This document shows, one piece after another, positions 18,432 through 26,418 of a DNA stretch of 32,000 bases. Both the position numbers and the translations under genes were made by a program. Source of the stretch: Cupriavidus necator. Its GTDB lineage: Bacteria > Pseudomonadota > Gammaproteobacteria > Burkholderiales > Burkholderiaceae. The first letter of the stretch is position 1. Every line of letters starts with the position of its first letter. The stretch is taken from NCBI RefSeq assembly GCF_016127575.1, contig NZ_CP066018.1, forward strand, positions 2,250,001-2,282,000. The letters run 5' to 3'. Below the pieces are notes generated by a model, which had not been told where the DNA came from, searched no databases, and saw only the letters and a list, made by a program, of their open reading frames with translations.

Positions 18432-20246
18432 TTGAAAGCGCTGCCCAACCGGTTCTTTTCCCGGCTCCTGCCCCGAGTCCTGCCTCAGGCGACCGCCCAG
18501 CTCGACGTCGAGACGCGCGCCAAGCTGATGGCCATCGTGCACAAGAACTCGCCCACGGCGATCGTGGCCTCGGTGCTGCTGCCCGCGCTGACCACGCTGG
18601 GATTCTGGAACGACGTGAGCCGCGCGGCCTTGCTCGGCTGGTGCGCGGTGATGCTGCTGCTGACGGTCGGCGGCCTGTGGTTCTATGTCGGCTACCAGCG
18701 CGACCATGCCTCGATGAGCCGCTCCGCGCACACGCGCAAGTGGTGGAACAATATGCGCGCGGTTGCCTTCCTGACCGGCGTGACCTGGGGCAGTTCGGCG
18801 CTGCTGCATTTGTATACGGGCTCGGCCGTGTTCTCCAGCGTGCTGTACCTGCTGACCCTTGGGGTGCTGGCAGGCGGCGCGGTGTCGCAGGCGCCGGTGC
18901 CGTCGAACCTGGTCTATGCCGGCGTGCCGATCCTGGTGCCCAATATCCTGATGGCGGAATTCGCCTTCCCCGGCCATGGCGTCTATGTGCAGGTGCTGCT
19001 GGTGATCTATGGTCTGATGCTGTCGCGCCATGCCTTGCACCTGCAGGTCACGCTGGTGCGCGCCATCCAGCTCGAGGGCGACAGCCGCCGCCTGGCCAAG
19101 CAGTTCCAGGAGGAAAAGGAGCGCGCGCTGCATGCCAGCGAGGAGAAGTCGCGCTTCCTGGCTGCCGCCAGCCACGACCTGCGCCAGCCGGTGCATGCGC
19201 TGGTGATGCTGGTGGAGGCGCTGCGCGCGCGCAACCAGTCGTCGGCGCTGCATCCGCTGGTGGAGCAGGTGGCGGCGGGCACCCAGACCATCGACCTCCT
19301 GTTCCGTTCGCTGCTGGACCTGTCCAAGCTGGAAGGGCGCAAGGTGTTGCCGACGCTGGAGCCATGCGAGCTGGGCGCGCTGATTCGCGACGTGATGAGC
19401 CAGTTTGCCGCCGATGCGCGCGAAAGCGGCCTGACCCTGACCCCGCGCGTGCCCGACGAGCTCTACGCCATGGCCGAGCCGGTGCTGTTGCGCCGGGCCC
19501 TGTTCAACCTGGTGCAGAACGCGCTGCGCTACACCCAGCGCGGCGGTGTGCTGGTGACCGCGCGCCAGCGCCGCAAGCATGTGCGGCTGGAAGTCTGGGA
19601 TACCGGCGCCGGCGTGACACCCGAGCACCTGCCCGACATCTTTTCGCCGTATTACCAGGTCCATAACCCGCAGCGCGACCCGTCGCAGGGCCTGGGCCTG
19701 GGGCTGGCCATCTTCAAGGAATGCGTGCGCCTGATGCGCGGCACCTATGGCGTGCGCTCGGTGCCGGGCAAGGGTTCGGTGTTCTGGTTCGCGCTGGCGA
19801 CGGTGCCGGCCGAGACCGTGGCCAGCGTGCGCGAGATGCGCGCGATGGCGCAGGCGGAAGAGGCCAAGCCCGACCGCCTGCAGGGCACGGTGCTGGTGGT
19901 CGACGACGACAGCCAGATCCGCAAGGCCTGGATCGCGCTGATGGAGGCCTGGGGCATCCGCGTGGCCTGCGCCGCGCACGGCGCCGAGGCCGACAAGCTG
20001 TTTGCCAAGGGCCTGCGCCCGGACATCATCTTCTGCGACCTGCGCCTGCCCGGCAGCGAGAACGGACTGGATTTGCTCGAGCGCTGGCAGAACACGCAGC
20101 CGCAGGCGCGCAGCGCGCTGCTGACCGGCGACCTGAAATCCGCCGCGCTGGCGGCGGCGGAAGAGGCGGGATATTTCGTGCTGCCCAAGCCGGTGGACCC
20201 GGCTTCGCTGCGGCTGCTGCTGCGCCGCTGGCTGCGGCCGGCGTAG
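18432..20246 (+). CDS. Hybrid sensor histidine kinase / response regulator with a six-helix membrane-embedded N-terminal domain
   Basis: H-box FLAAASHDLRQP, N-box LFNLVQNALRYT, G-boxes VWDTGAGV and GLGLGLAI. The C-terminal receiver has VLVVDDD...IIFCDLRLPG...LTGD...PKP. The ORF starts at TTG 18432 with no obvious SD; ATG 18528 (MAIVHKNSP) is an alternative start. Confidence 0.85.
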   Translation: MKALPNRFFSRLLPRVLPQATAQLDVETRAKLMAIVHKNSPTAIVASVLLPALTTLGFWNDVSRAALLGWCAVMLLLTVGGLWFYVGYQRDHASMSRSAHTRKWWNNMRAVAFLTGVTWGSSALLHLYTGSAVFSSVLYLLTLGVLAGGAVSQAPVPSNLVYAGVPILVPNILMAEFAFPGHGVYVQVLLVIYGLMLSRHALHLQVTLVRAIQLEGDSRRLAKQFQEEKERALHASEEKSRFLAAASHDLRQPVHALVMLVEALRARNQSSALHPLVEQVAAGTQTIDLLFRSLLDLSKLEGRKVLPTLEPCELGALIRDVMSQFAADARESGLTLTPRVPDELYAMAEPVLLRRALFNLVQNALRYTQRGGVLVTARQRRKHVRLEVWDTGAGVTPEHLPDIFSPYYQVHNPQRDPSQGLGLGLAIFKECVRLMRGTYGVRSVPGKGSVFWFALATVPAETVASVREMRAMAQAEEAKPDRLQGTVLVVDDDSQIRKAWIALMEAWGIRVACAAHGAEADKLFAKGLRPDIIFCDLRLPGSENGLDLLERWQNTQPQARSALLTGDLKSAALAAAEEAGYFVLPKPVDPASLRLLLRRWLRPA

Positions 20247-20260
20247 GGTACCGGCCTGCG

Positions 20261-20920
20261 TTACTGGCGCAGGCGGAACCGCTCCATGCGCGACATCACC
20301 TGCATGCGCGTGCGCACGCCCAGGCGCTGCAGGATGGCTGACACGTGCTCCTTGACGGTGTTCTCGGTCAGCCCCAGGCGGCGCGCGATCACCTTGTTCG
20401 GCAGGCCTTCCAGCACCAGCGCCAGCACCGAGCCCTGGCGCGGCGTCAGGCCGAGCTCGGCCGGCGTGACCGGAATGCCGTGGGCGGGCCCGAACGACTG
20501 CGCGCGGCCGTTCAGGGCCTCATCGGTGGGGAAGGAGGTGTCGCCTGCCAGCACCTTGCGCACCGCGGCGGTGAAGGCATTGGCATCAAGGTGCTTGCCG
20601 ACGAAGCCGCAGGCCGACAGCGCGCGGGCGCGGCCGACGATCTCGGGGGTGGCCTCGGCGGACATGAAGATGAAGCGTGCGCCGGGGATGACGGTCTTGA
20701 ACGACTGCATGGCATCGAAGCCGGTGCCATCGTTCAGCCAGATATCGAGCAGCACGATATCGGGGCGCAGACCCTGCTGCAGGCTTGTCAGGGCTTCGCG
20801 GGCACTGCCGGCGGCATGGACTGCCACATCCGGCATGACTTCGGCGAGGAAAGCCGTAGTGCCTGACAAAGCCATAGGATGATCATCGACCACCAACAAC
20901 GTCGGTGCAGCGTTCGACAT
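20261..20920 (-). CDS. NarL/FixJ (LuxR-type HTH) response regulator
   Basis: 219 aa. Receiver LLVVDDHPMA...IVLLDIWLNDG...FMSA...GFVGK plus C-terminal LuxR HTH LTPRQGSVLALVLEGLPNKVIARRLGLTENTVKEHVSAILQRLGV. Confidence 0.9.
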   Translation of the reverse strand: MSNAAPTLLVVDDHPMALSGTTAFLAEVMPDVAVHAAGSAREALTSLQQGLRPDIVLLDIWLNDGTGFDAMQSFKTVIPGARFIFMSAEATPEIVGRARALSACGFVGKHLDANAFTAAVRKVLAGDTSFPTDEALNGRAQSFGPAHGIPVTPAELGLTPRQGSVLALVLEGLPNKVIARRLGLTENTVKEHVSAILQRLGVRTRMQVMSRMERFRLRQ

Positions 20921-20923
20921 GCG

Positions 20924-20945
20924 AATTCCCGTTCAAATTCCCGTT
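20924..20945. repeat. Tandem direct repeat (10 bp, 12-bp period) immediately upstream of the response-regulator start
   Basis: Plus strand AATTCCCGTT at 20924-20933 and again at 20936-20945. The minus strand reads AACGGGAATTtgAACGGGAATTcgcATG. Confidence 0.7.
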
Positions 20946-21162
20946 TCGTCCTTGTTGTCACCAGCTCTTGGCGAGCACTGTGTCATGCACAGGGTTGGCG
21001 CGTGGACGTAGCGCCCACTCTAGCAGAGGGGGCGAAGCGTCACAATCCATCAATCGGGGGTATACGGGCATGCCGTCACATGTTAGAGACATCGCGCCCT
21101 GTCCGATTCTCGTGAATTAAGCACGTAATGCGTTGGCTTTACCAGAGTTTAGCGCCTTGCCT

Positions 21163-21171
21163 TGGTAGAAT
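21163..21171 (+). promoter_or_regulatory. Candidate extended -10 promoter abutting the purN start codon
   Basis: TGgTAGAAT (21163-21171), then 6 nt (tgcgcg) to ATG 21178. No SD and no clear -35. Confidence 0.45.
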
Positions 21172-21177
21172 TGCGCG

Positions 21178-21846
21178 ATGAAAAAAATTGTCATCTTGAT
21201 TTCCGGACGAGGCTCCAATATGGAAGCCATCGTCCGTGCCTGCGCGGGTGGCGGCTGGCCCGCCCGGGTGGCGGCAGTACTGTCGAACCGGCCGGACGCC
21301 GCCGGGCTGCAATTCGCGCAGCAGCATGGCATCGAAACCGGCGTGGTCGACCATCGCCAGCACCCTGACCGTGCCGCTTTTGATGCGGCTTTGGCCGAGG
21401 CCATCGACGCCCACGCGCCCGACCTGGTGGTATTGGCCGGTTTCATGCGTATACTCACGCCCGGCTTCGTCGACCGCTATGCGGGCCGGCTGCTGAATAT
21501 CCATCCGTCGCTGCTGCCATGCTTCCCGGGCCTGAACACCCACAAGCAGGCGCTCGACGCCGGCGTCAAGCTGCATGGCGCCACCGTGCACTTTGTCACC
21601 CCAGAACTCGACCATGGCCCGATCGTGATTCAGGCTGCACTTGATGTGCGGCCGGCGGACACGCCCGAGAGCCTGGCCGCGCGCCTGCTCGAATGCGAGC
21701 ACGTGATCTATCCCCGCGCCGTGCAATGGTTCGTAGAGGACCGCCTGCAACTTCAGGACGGCGTAGTCAACGTTATCAACCCGGCCGAATCGCAATTGCT
21801 GATGGCCATCTCCGCCGATACCCCGGCGGGAGGAGTCAAGGCATGA
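21178..21846 (+). CDS. purN: Phosphoribosylglycinamide formyltransferase
   Basis: MKKIVILISGRGSNMEAI..., NIHPSLLP, HGATVHFVTPELDHGPI; 222 aa. Confidence 0.93.
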   Translation: MKKIVILISGRGSNMEAIVRACAGGGWPARVAAVLSNRPDAAGLQFAQQHGIETGVVDHRQHPDRAAFDAALAEAIDAHAPDLVVLAGFMRILTPGFVDRYAGRLLNIHPSLLPCFPGLNTHKQALDAGVKLHGATVHFVTPELDHGPIVIQAALDVRPADTPESLAARLLECEHVIYPRAVQWFVEDRLQLQDGVVNVINPAESQLLMAISADTPAGGVKA

Positions 21847-23243
21847 GTCGCACCCAGGCAGGAACCCGATCCCCGCGCAGCGAAGGACATGCCCCCGCGC
21901 GCAGCAAGGGCAAGGGCAAGGGCAGCCCCATCCGCAAGTCGCCCAATGCCAACGGTGCCCCGGTCCGCTCGCATGGCGGCCTCCATGCCACCCATATCCA
22001 GCATATCGACCGCCTGCTGGGCAAGGTCATGCTGTTTGCGCGCCCGGCCGATGCCGTGGTGAGCTATTACTTCCGCGAGAACAGCAAGCTTGGCCACCGC
22101 GAGCGCGGCATCATCGCCGAGGCCATCTACGCGGTGCTGCGCCGGCGCGTCGAATTTGCCCAGTTTGCCGAAAGCGGCACGGGCGCGACCTCGCGCCGGC
22201 TGGCGCTGCTGGGCCTGGCCGCGACCCTGGGCCGCGACACGCTGACGCCGTTCCTGCATCCCGAAGAAGCCGAGTGGCTGGACCGTCTGACCACGATCGA
22301 GCGCTCCAGCCTGGCGCCGCGCGTGCGCGCCAACCTGCCCGAGTGGCTGTACGACGAACTGGTGCGCGGCCACGGCGAGGCCTTCGCCGCAGCCCTGGGC
22401 GACGCGCTGCTGCGCCCGGCGCCGCTGGACCTGCGCGTCAACCTGGCCAAGACCAGCCGCGAGGCCGCGCTGGCCGAGCTGCACGCCGCCGGCCTGGGCG
22501 CCGAGCCGACGCCGATGGCGCCGGCCGGCATCCGCATGGCCGGCAAGCCGGCACTGAACCAGTTGCCGATCTTCGTCAACGGCCTGGTCGAGGTGCAGGA
22601 CGAGGGCAGCCAGCTGCTGTGCAACCTGGTCGCACCCAGGCGCGGCGAGATGGTGGTCGACTTCTGTGCCGGCGCGGGCGGCAAGACCCTGGCGCTGGGC
22701 GCGGCGATGCGCTCGACCGGCCGGCTCTATGCCTTCGACGTATCGGAAAAGCGCCTGGCCAACCTGAAGCCGCGGCTGGCGCGCAGCGGGCTGTCCAACG
22801 TCCATCCGGTGCTGATCGACTCCGAGCGCGACGCCAAGATCAAGCGCCTGGCCGGCAAGGCCGACCGCGTGCTGGTCGACGCGCCCTGCAGCGGCCTGGG
22901 CACGCTGCGCCGCAACCCCGACCTGAAATGGCGGCAATCGCCGGAGTCGGTGCTGGAACTGACTGCCAAGCAGAGCGCGATTCTGGATTCGGCCGCGCGG
23001 CTGGTGAAGGGCGGCGGCCGCGTGGTCTACGCGACCTGCAGCGTGCTGGAAGCCGAAAACGAGCAGATCGTGCGCGACTTCCTGGCTGCGCACCCCAACT
23101 TCCGCCTGGTGCCGGCCGCCGAAGTGCTGGCCGAGCAGAAGATCGAAGTGACCGGGCTGCCGGACAACGGCATGTTTGCCCTGTATCCGCACCTGCACCA
23201 GACCGACGGCTTCTTTGCCGCGGTGCTGGAACGCACCAGCTGA
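21843..23243 (+). CDS. RsmB/NOP2/Sun-family SAM-dependent RNA (cytosine-C5) methyltransferase with a basic N-terminal extension
   Basis: ORF 21693..23243, trimmed to ATG 21843, which overlaps the purN stop (ATGA). Motifs VQDEGSQL, DFCAGAGGKT, DAPCSGLGTLRRNPDLKW and YATCS. It is not in the canonical fmt-rsmB context, so orthology to rsmB is not asserted. Confidence 0.85.
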   Translation: MSRTQAGTRSPRSEGHAPARSKGKGKGSPIRKSPNANGAPVRSHGGLHATHIQHIDRLLGKVMLFARPADAVVSYYFRENSKLGHRERGIIAEAIYAVLRRRVEFAQFAESGTGATSRRLALLGLAATLGRDTLTPFLHPEEAEWLDRLTTIERSSLAPRVRANLPEWLYDELVRGHGEAFAAALGDALLRPAPLDLRVNLAKTSREAALAELHAAGLGAEPTPMAPAGIRMAGKPALNQLPIFVNGLVEVQDEGSQLLCNLVAPRRGEMVVDFCAGAGGKTLALGAAMRSTGRLYAFDVSEKRLANLKPRLARSGLSNVHPVLIDSERDAKIKRLAGKADRVLVDAPCSGLGTLRRNPDLKWRQSPESVLELTAKQSAILDSAARLVKGGGRVVYATCSVLEAENEQIVRDFLAAHPNFRLVPAAEVLAEQKIEVTGLPDNGMFALYPHLHQTDGFFAAVLERTS

Positions 23244-23308
23244 GCGCCGGTGCCTGCCGGGCCGCCTGCCGATCGCGCGGGCGGCCGCGCCAACCCTGAG
23301 TTTCCTCG

Positions 23309-24715
23309 ATGAACGGTGAGACCCTGTCCGACCTGGGTGGCCTGAAAGACCTGAAGGCCTCCCACTCCATGTTCGGCAAGATGCTGGACGACCTGATCCG
23401 CGACGCAGGCGGGCCGGGCTTCTTCTGGCAGCTGCTGGTGCTGGCCGGCTGCCTGCTGGTGGCCTGGCCGCTGGCGCGCTTCGTGGTGCGGCGCCTTGAA
23501 GCGCGCTACCAAGGCTCAAGCTTCTCCGTGCGCTTTGCCGCCGCCAGCCTCGAGCGCGCCATGTTCCCCCTGGCCGGATGGGTGCTGGTGCTGATCGCCC
23601 GCTTTGCGCTGGAGCCGCTGATCCCGATCAGCGTGCTGCGCCTGGCGCTGGTGCCGCTGTTCGGCATCACCTTCCTGAATTCCACCTTCTATGTGCTGCG
23701 CCGGGTGATGTCGGGCAGTGGCCAGCTGCATGGCATGCTGCTGCTGGTGGAGAAGGTGCTGACCACGCTGGTGTGGGCCGGCATGGCGCTGTACGTGCTG
23801 GGCGTGCTGGCGGACGTGGTGGCGTGGATGCAGGGCGTGCGCTTTGCGATCGGCGGCAAGCAGAAGATCAGCCTGGCCGAGACCCTGATGGCGGTGGTCT
23901 GGATCCTGCTGACGGTGCTGGTGGCGCTGTGGTTCGGTTCCTGGCTGGAAGAGCGGCTGATGCGCTCGGCCAACCTCGACGGCAACCTGAAGGTGGTGCT
24001 GACGCGCATCTCCAAGGCCTTGCTACTGCTGGTGTCGCTGCTGCTGAGCCTGTCGCTGGTGGGGATCGACCTGACCGTGCTGTCGGTGTTCGGCGGCGCG
24101 CTGGGCGTGGGCCTGGGGCTGGGTTTGCAGAAGATCGCCAGCAACTACATCTCCGGCTTCATCATCCTGCTGGACCGCTCGGTCAAGCTGGGCGACCAGA
24201 TCACGGTGGACAAGTACACCGGCATCGTGTCGCAGATCCGCACCCGCTATACGGTGGTGCGCAACGGCGATGGCGAAACCCTGGTGCCGAACGAGCAGCT
24301 GGTGGCGCAGCCGGTGCAGAACCATTCGTTCTCCAACACCAATGTGCGCGTGGCCACCCGGGTGCAGGCAGACTACAACGCCGATCCGGAAACGGTGATC
24401 GCGCTGCTGACCGCATGCGTGCGCGACCTGCCGCGCGTGCTGCCCGACCCGGAGCCCGCCGCTTTCCTGGTGCTGTTTGCCGATAGCGGCATCGAGTACG
24501 AGGTTGCGGTCTTCGTGGCCGATCCGCAGAACGGCAAGCTGGGGGTGCAGTCGGCGATGAACCGCGCGATCTGGCGCACGCTGCGCGAGCATGGGATTTC
24601 CATCCCCTATCCGCAGCGTGAACTCCGCGTGCTGGGCGAGGCACCCTTGCCCGGCAACGATCTGCCCCCATCTAAGACGGTAGCGGATGCAGCGAATGCG
24701 GCGAGTGCCGCATAG
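23309..24715 (+). CDS. Mechanosensitive ion channel (MscS-family) membrane protein
   Basis: 468 aa with multiple N-terminal TM segments. MscS core ...GGALGVGLGLGLQKIASNYISGFIILLDRSVKLGDQITVDKYTGIVSQIRTRYTVVRNGDGETLVPNEQL. The N-terminal start is uncertain (ATG 23309 versus the internal MFGKM). Confidence 0.85.
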   Translation: MNGETLSDLGGLKDLKASHSMFGKMLDDLIRDAGGPGFFWQLLVLAGCLLVAWPLARFVVRRLEARYQGSSFSVRFAAASLERAMFPLAGWVLVLIARFALEPLIPISVLRLALVPLFGITFLNSTFYVLRRVMSGSGQLHGMLLLVEKVLTTLVWAGMALYVLGVLADVVAWMQGVRFAIGGKQKISLAETLMAVVWILLTVLVALWFGSWLEERLMRSANLDGNLKVVLTRISKALLLLVSLLLSLSLVGIDLTVLSVFGGALGVGLGLGLQKIASNYISGFIILLDRSVKLGDQITVDKYTGIVSQIRTRYTVVRNGDGETLVPNEQLVAQPVQNHSFSNTNVRVATRVQADYNADPETVIALLTACVRDLPRVLPDPEPAAFLVLFADSGIEYEVAVFVADPQNGKLGVQSAMNRAIWRTLREHGISIPYPQRELRVLGEAPLPGNDLPPSKTVADAANAASAA

Positions 24716-25100
24716 ACCGCAAGATGGGCGCAGCATGCGCCACCCACGGAACGAAAACTGTGGCGCTCCGTCCAAATCCGGGAAATAGCGTATGCTTGCG
24801 CGTCGCGCGATCCGGTAGAATGCCGGGTTGTCGCGGGTTGCAGCTTCAAGTTGCAGCGCACGCTCCCACATCAGACAGCCGCCAGATTGCAGCGGCTCGT
24901 ACCTTGTCCCGCCAGCGCAGGCCATCCCGGCGCCGGCGCGAGACTCGTGTGCCTGGGAGCCCGGTATGACTTCGGGTCCCGTGGCAGGCGCCAGAAAGCT
25001 ATCGCAATCACTTGGATTCGCAGCCTTTTTTCTGCGCGTTGCGTGCACCGGCCCCGCCGGGCTGCACGGGAAAGTCCCTGTTTAACCGACGGAGAACAGT

Positions 25101-26291
25101 TTGTTCGACACTATTCTTGACTGGGCCGCCAACGGCCTTGCCAACTGGACCTGGTGGGAGATCGTCATCTACACGCTCGTGATGACGCATATCACGATCG
25201 CCAGTGTCACCATTTTCCTGCACCGCTGCATGGCGCACCGGTCGCTGGATCTGCACCCGATCGCCCAGCATTTCTTCCGCTTCTGGCTCTGGCTGACCAC
25301 GGGCATGGTCACGCGCGAGTGGACCGCCATCCACCGCAAGCACCACGCCAAGTGCGAAACCGAAGAAGATCCGCACAGCCCGCAGACCCGCGGCATCCGC
25401 AAGGTGCTGCTGGAGGGAGCGGAGCTGTATCGTGCCGAATCCAAGAACAAGGAAACCATCGCCAAGTTTGGCCATGGCTGCCCCAATGACTGGATCGAGC
25501 GCAACGTGTACTCGCGCTTCGGCTGGCAGGGTGTCGGCCTGATGCTGATCATCGACCTCGCGCTGTTCGGCGTGATCGGCATGACCGTTTGGGCCGTGCA
25601 GATGCTGTGGATCCCGATCCATGCCGCCGGCATCATCAATGGCCTGGGCCACTGGTGGGGCTATCGCAACTACGATTGCGAGGACGCCTCGACCAACGTG
25701 TCGCCGTGGGGCCTGATCATTGGTGGCGAAGAGCTGCACAACAACCACCACACGTACCCGACCTCGGCCAAGTTCTCGATCAAGTGGTATGAGTTCGATG
25801 TGGGCTGGGGCTATATCCGCGCGATGCAGGCAGTCGGCCTGGCCAAGGTCAAGAAGACCCCGCCCAAGGCACGCCTGGTGGAAGCCCGCCCGGTTGACCA
25901 CAACACGCTGGAAGCGATCATCGCCAACCGCTATGACGTGATGGCGCGCTACGCCAAGGCCGTCAAGGGCGCGTTCCGCCAGGAACTGGAAAAGCTCAAG
26001 GAAGGCCGCGTGGCCGAGTACCGCAGCTTCAAGCCCGCCAGCAAGTGGTTCCACCGCGAGGAAACCAAGCTGGCCGCGCCGCAGCGCGAACAGCTGGCAA
26101 GTATCGTTGAACAGAACAAGGCGCTGCAGACCTTCGTCGAAATGCGCCGTGAACTGGCCGCCATCTGGGGCCGTTCCAACCTGACGCGCGAGCAGCTGCT
26201 GCAGCAGCTGCAGGCCTGGTGCCATCGTGCCGAGGCCAGCGGCATCCAGGCGCTGCAAGATTTCTCGCTGCGCCTGCGCCGCTACGCCTGA
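25101..26291 (+). CDS. Membrane fatty-acid (acyl-lipid/acyl-CoA delta-9-type) desaturase, DesA-like
   Basis: Three His boxes: HRCMAHRS, HRKHH and HNNHH. Two hydrophobic hairpins; 396 aa, similar in size to Pseudomonas DesA. TTG start at 25101 lies 5 nt after GGAGA (25091-25095). Confidence 0.85.
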   Translation: MFDTILDWAANGLANWTWWEIVIYTLVMTHITIASVTIFLHRCMAHRSLDLHPIAQHFFRFWLWLTTGMVTREWTAIHRKHHAKCETEEDPHSPQTRGIRKVLLEGAELYRAESKNKETIAKFGHGCPNDWIERNVYSRFGWQGVGLMLIIDLALFGVIGMTVWAVQMLWIPIHAAGIINGLGHWWGYRNYDCEDASTNVSPWGLIIGGEELHNNHHTYPTSAKFSIKWYEFDVGWGYIRAMQAVGLAKVKKTPPKARLVEARPVDHNTLEAIIANRYDVMARYAKAVKGAFRQELEKLKEGRVAEYRSFKPASKWFHREETKLAAPQREQLASIVEQNKALQTFVEMRRELAAIWGRSNLTREQLLQQLQAWCHRAEASGIQALQDFSLRLRRYA

Positions 26292-26320
26292 TACAATCCG
26301 GCCGCGCCGTATGGTTTGAC

Positions 26321-26351
26321 AAAGCCCCGCCCATGGCGGGGCTTTTGTTTT
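26321..26351 (+). terminator. Rho-independent terminator after the desaturase gene
   Basis: AAAGCCCCGCC-catg-GGCGGGGCTTT followed by TGTTTT. Confidence 0.85.
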
Positions 26352-26418
26352 AGATAAACTCCCCAATATTCTGGCCGGGCCGCATCCTTGCTGGCGAAGG
26401 TCTAGAGGAGTACCGGAG

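Noticed and set aside
20921-21177. Possible purine or ZTP (pfl) riboswitch upstream of purN.
   Set aside because: I could find no GGGTCGTGACTGGCG-like 5' module and no CCGCCTGGGCA 3' module. The best promoter candidate abuts the ATG, which leaves no room for a leader.
24838-24893. TTGCAGC repeats considered as sigma54 -12 elements (TTGCW) upstream of the desaturase.
   Set aside because: None of the three copies has a TGGCAC-like -24 element at the required 5-nt spacing; the sequences there are gttgtc, gcagct and cagccg.
24724-25120. Small ORFs in the desaturase upstream gap (24724..24969+, 24828..25085+, 24851..25120+, 24607..24861-).
   Set aside because: Third-position GC is only about two-thirds, against the far higher bias of real genes here. 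Rare AGA, AGG and TTA codons are present, there is no RBS, and the Arg/Cys/Pro-rich translations do not look like proteins.
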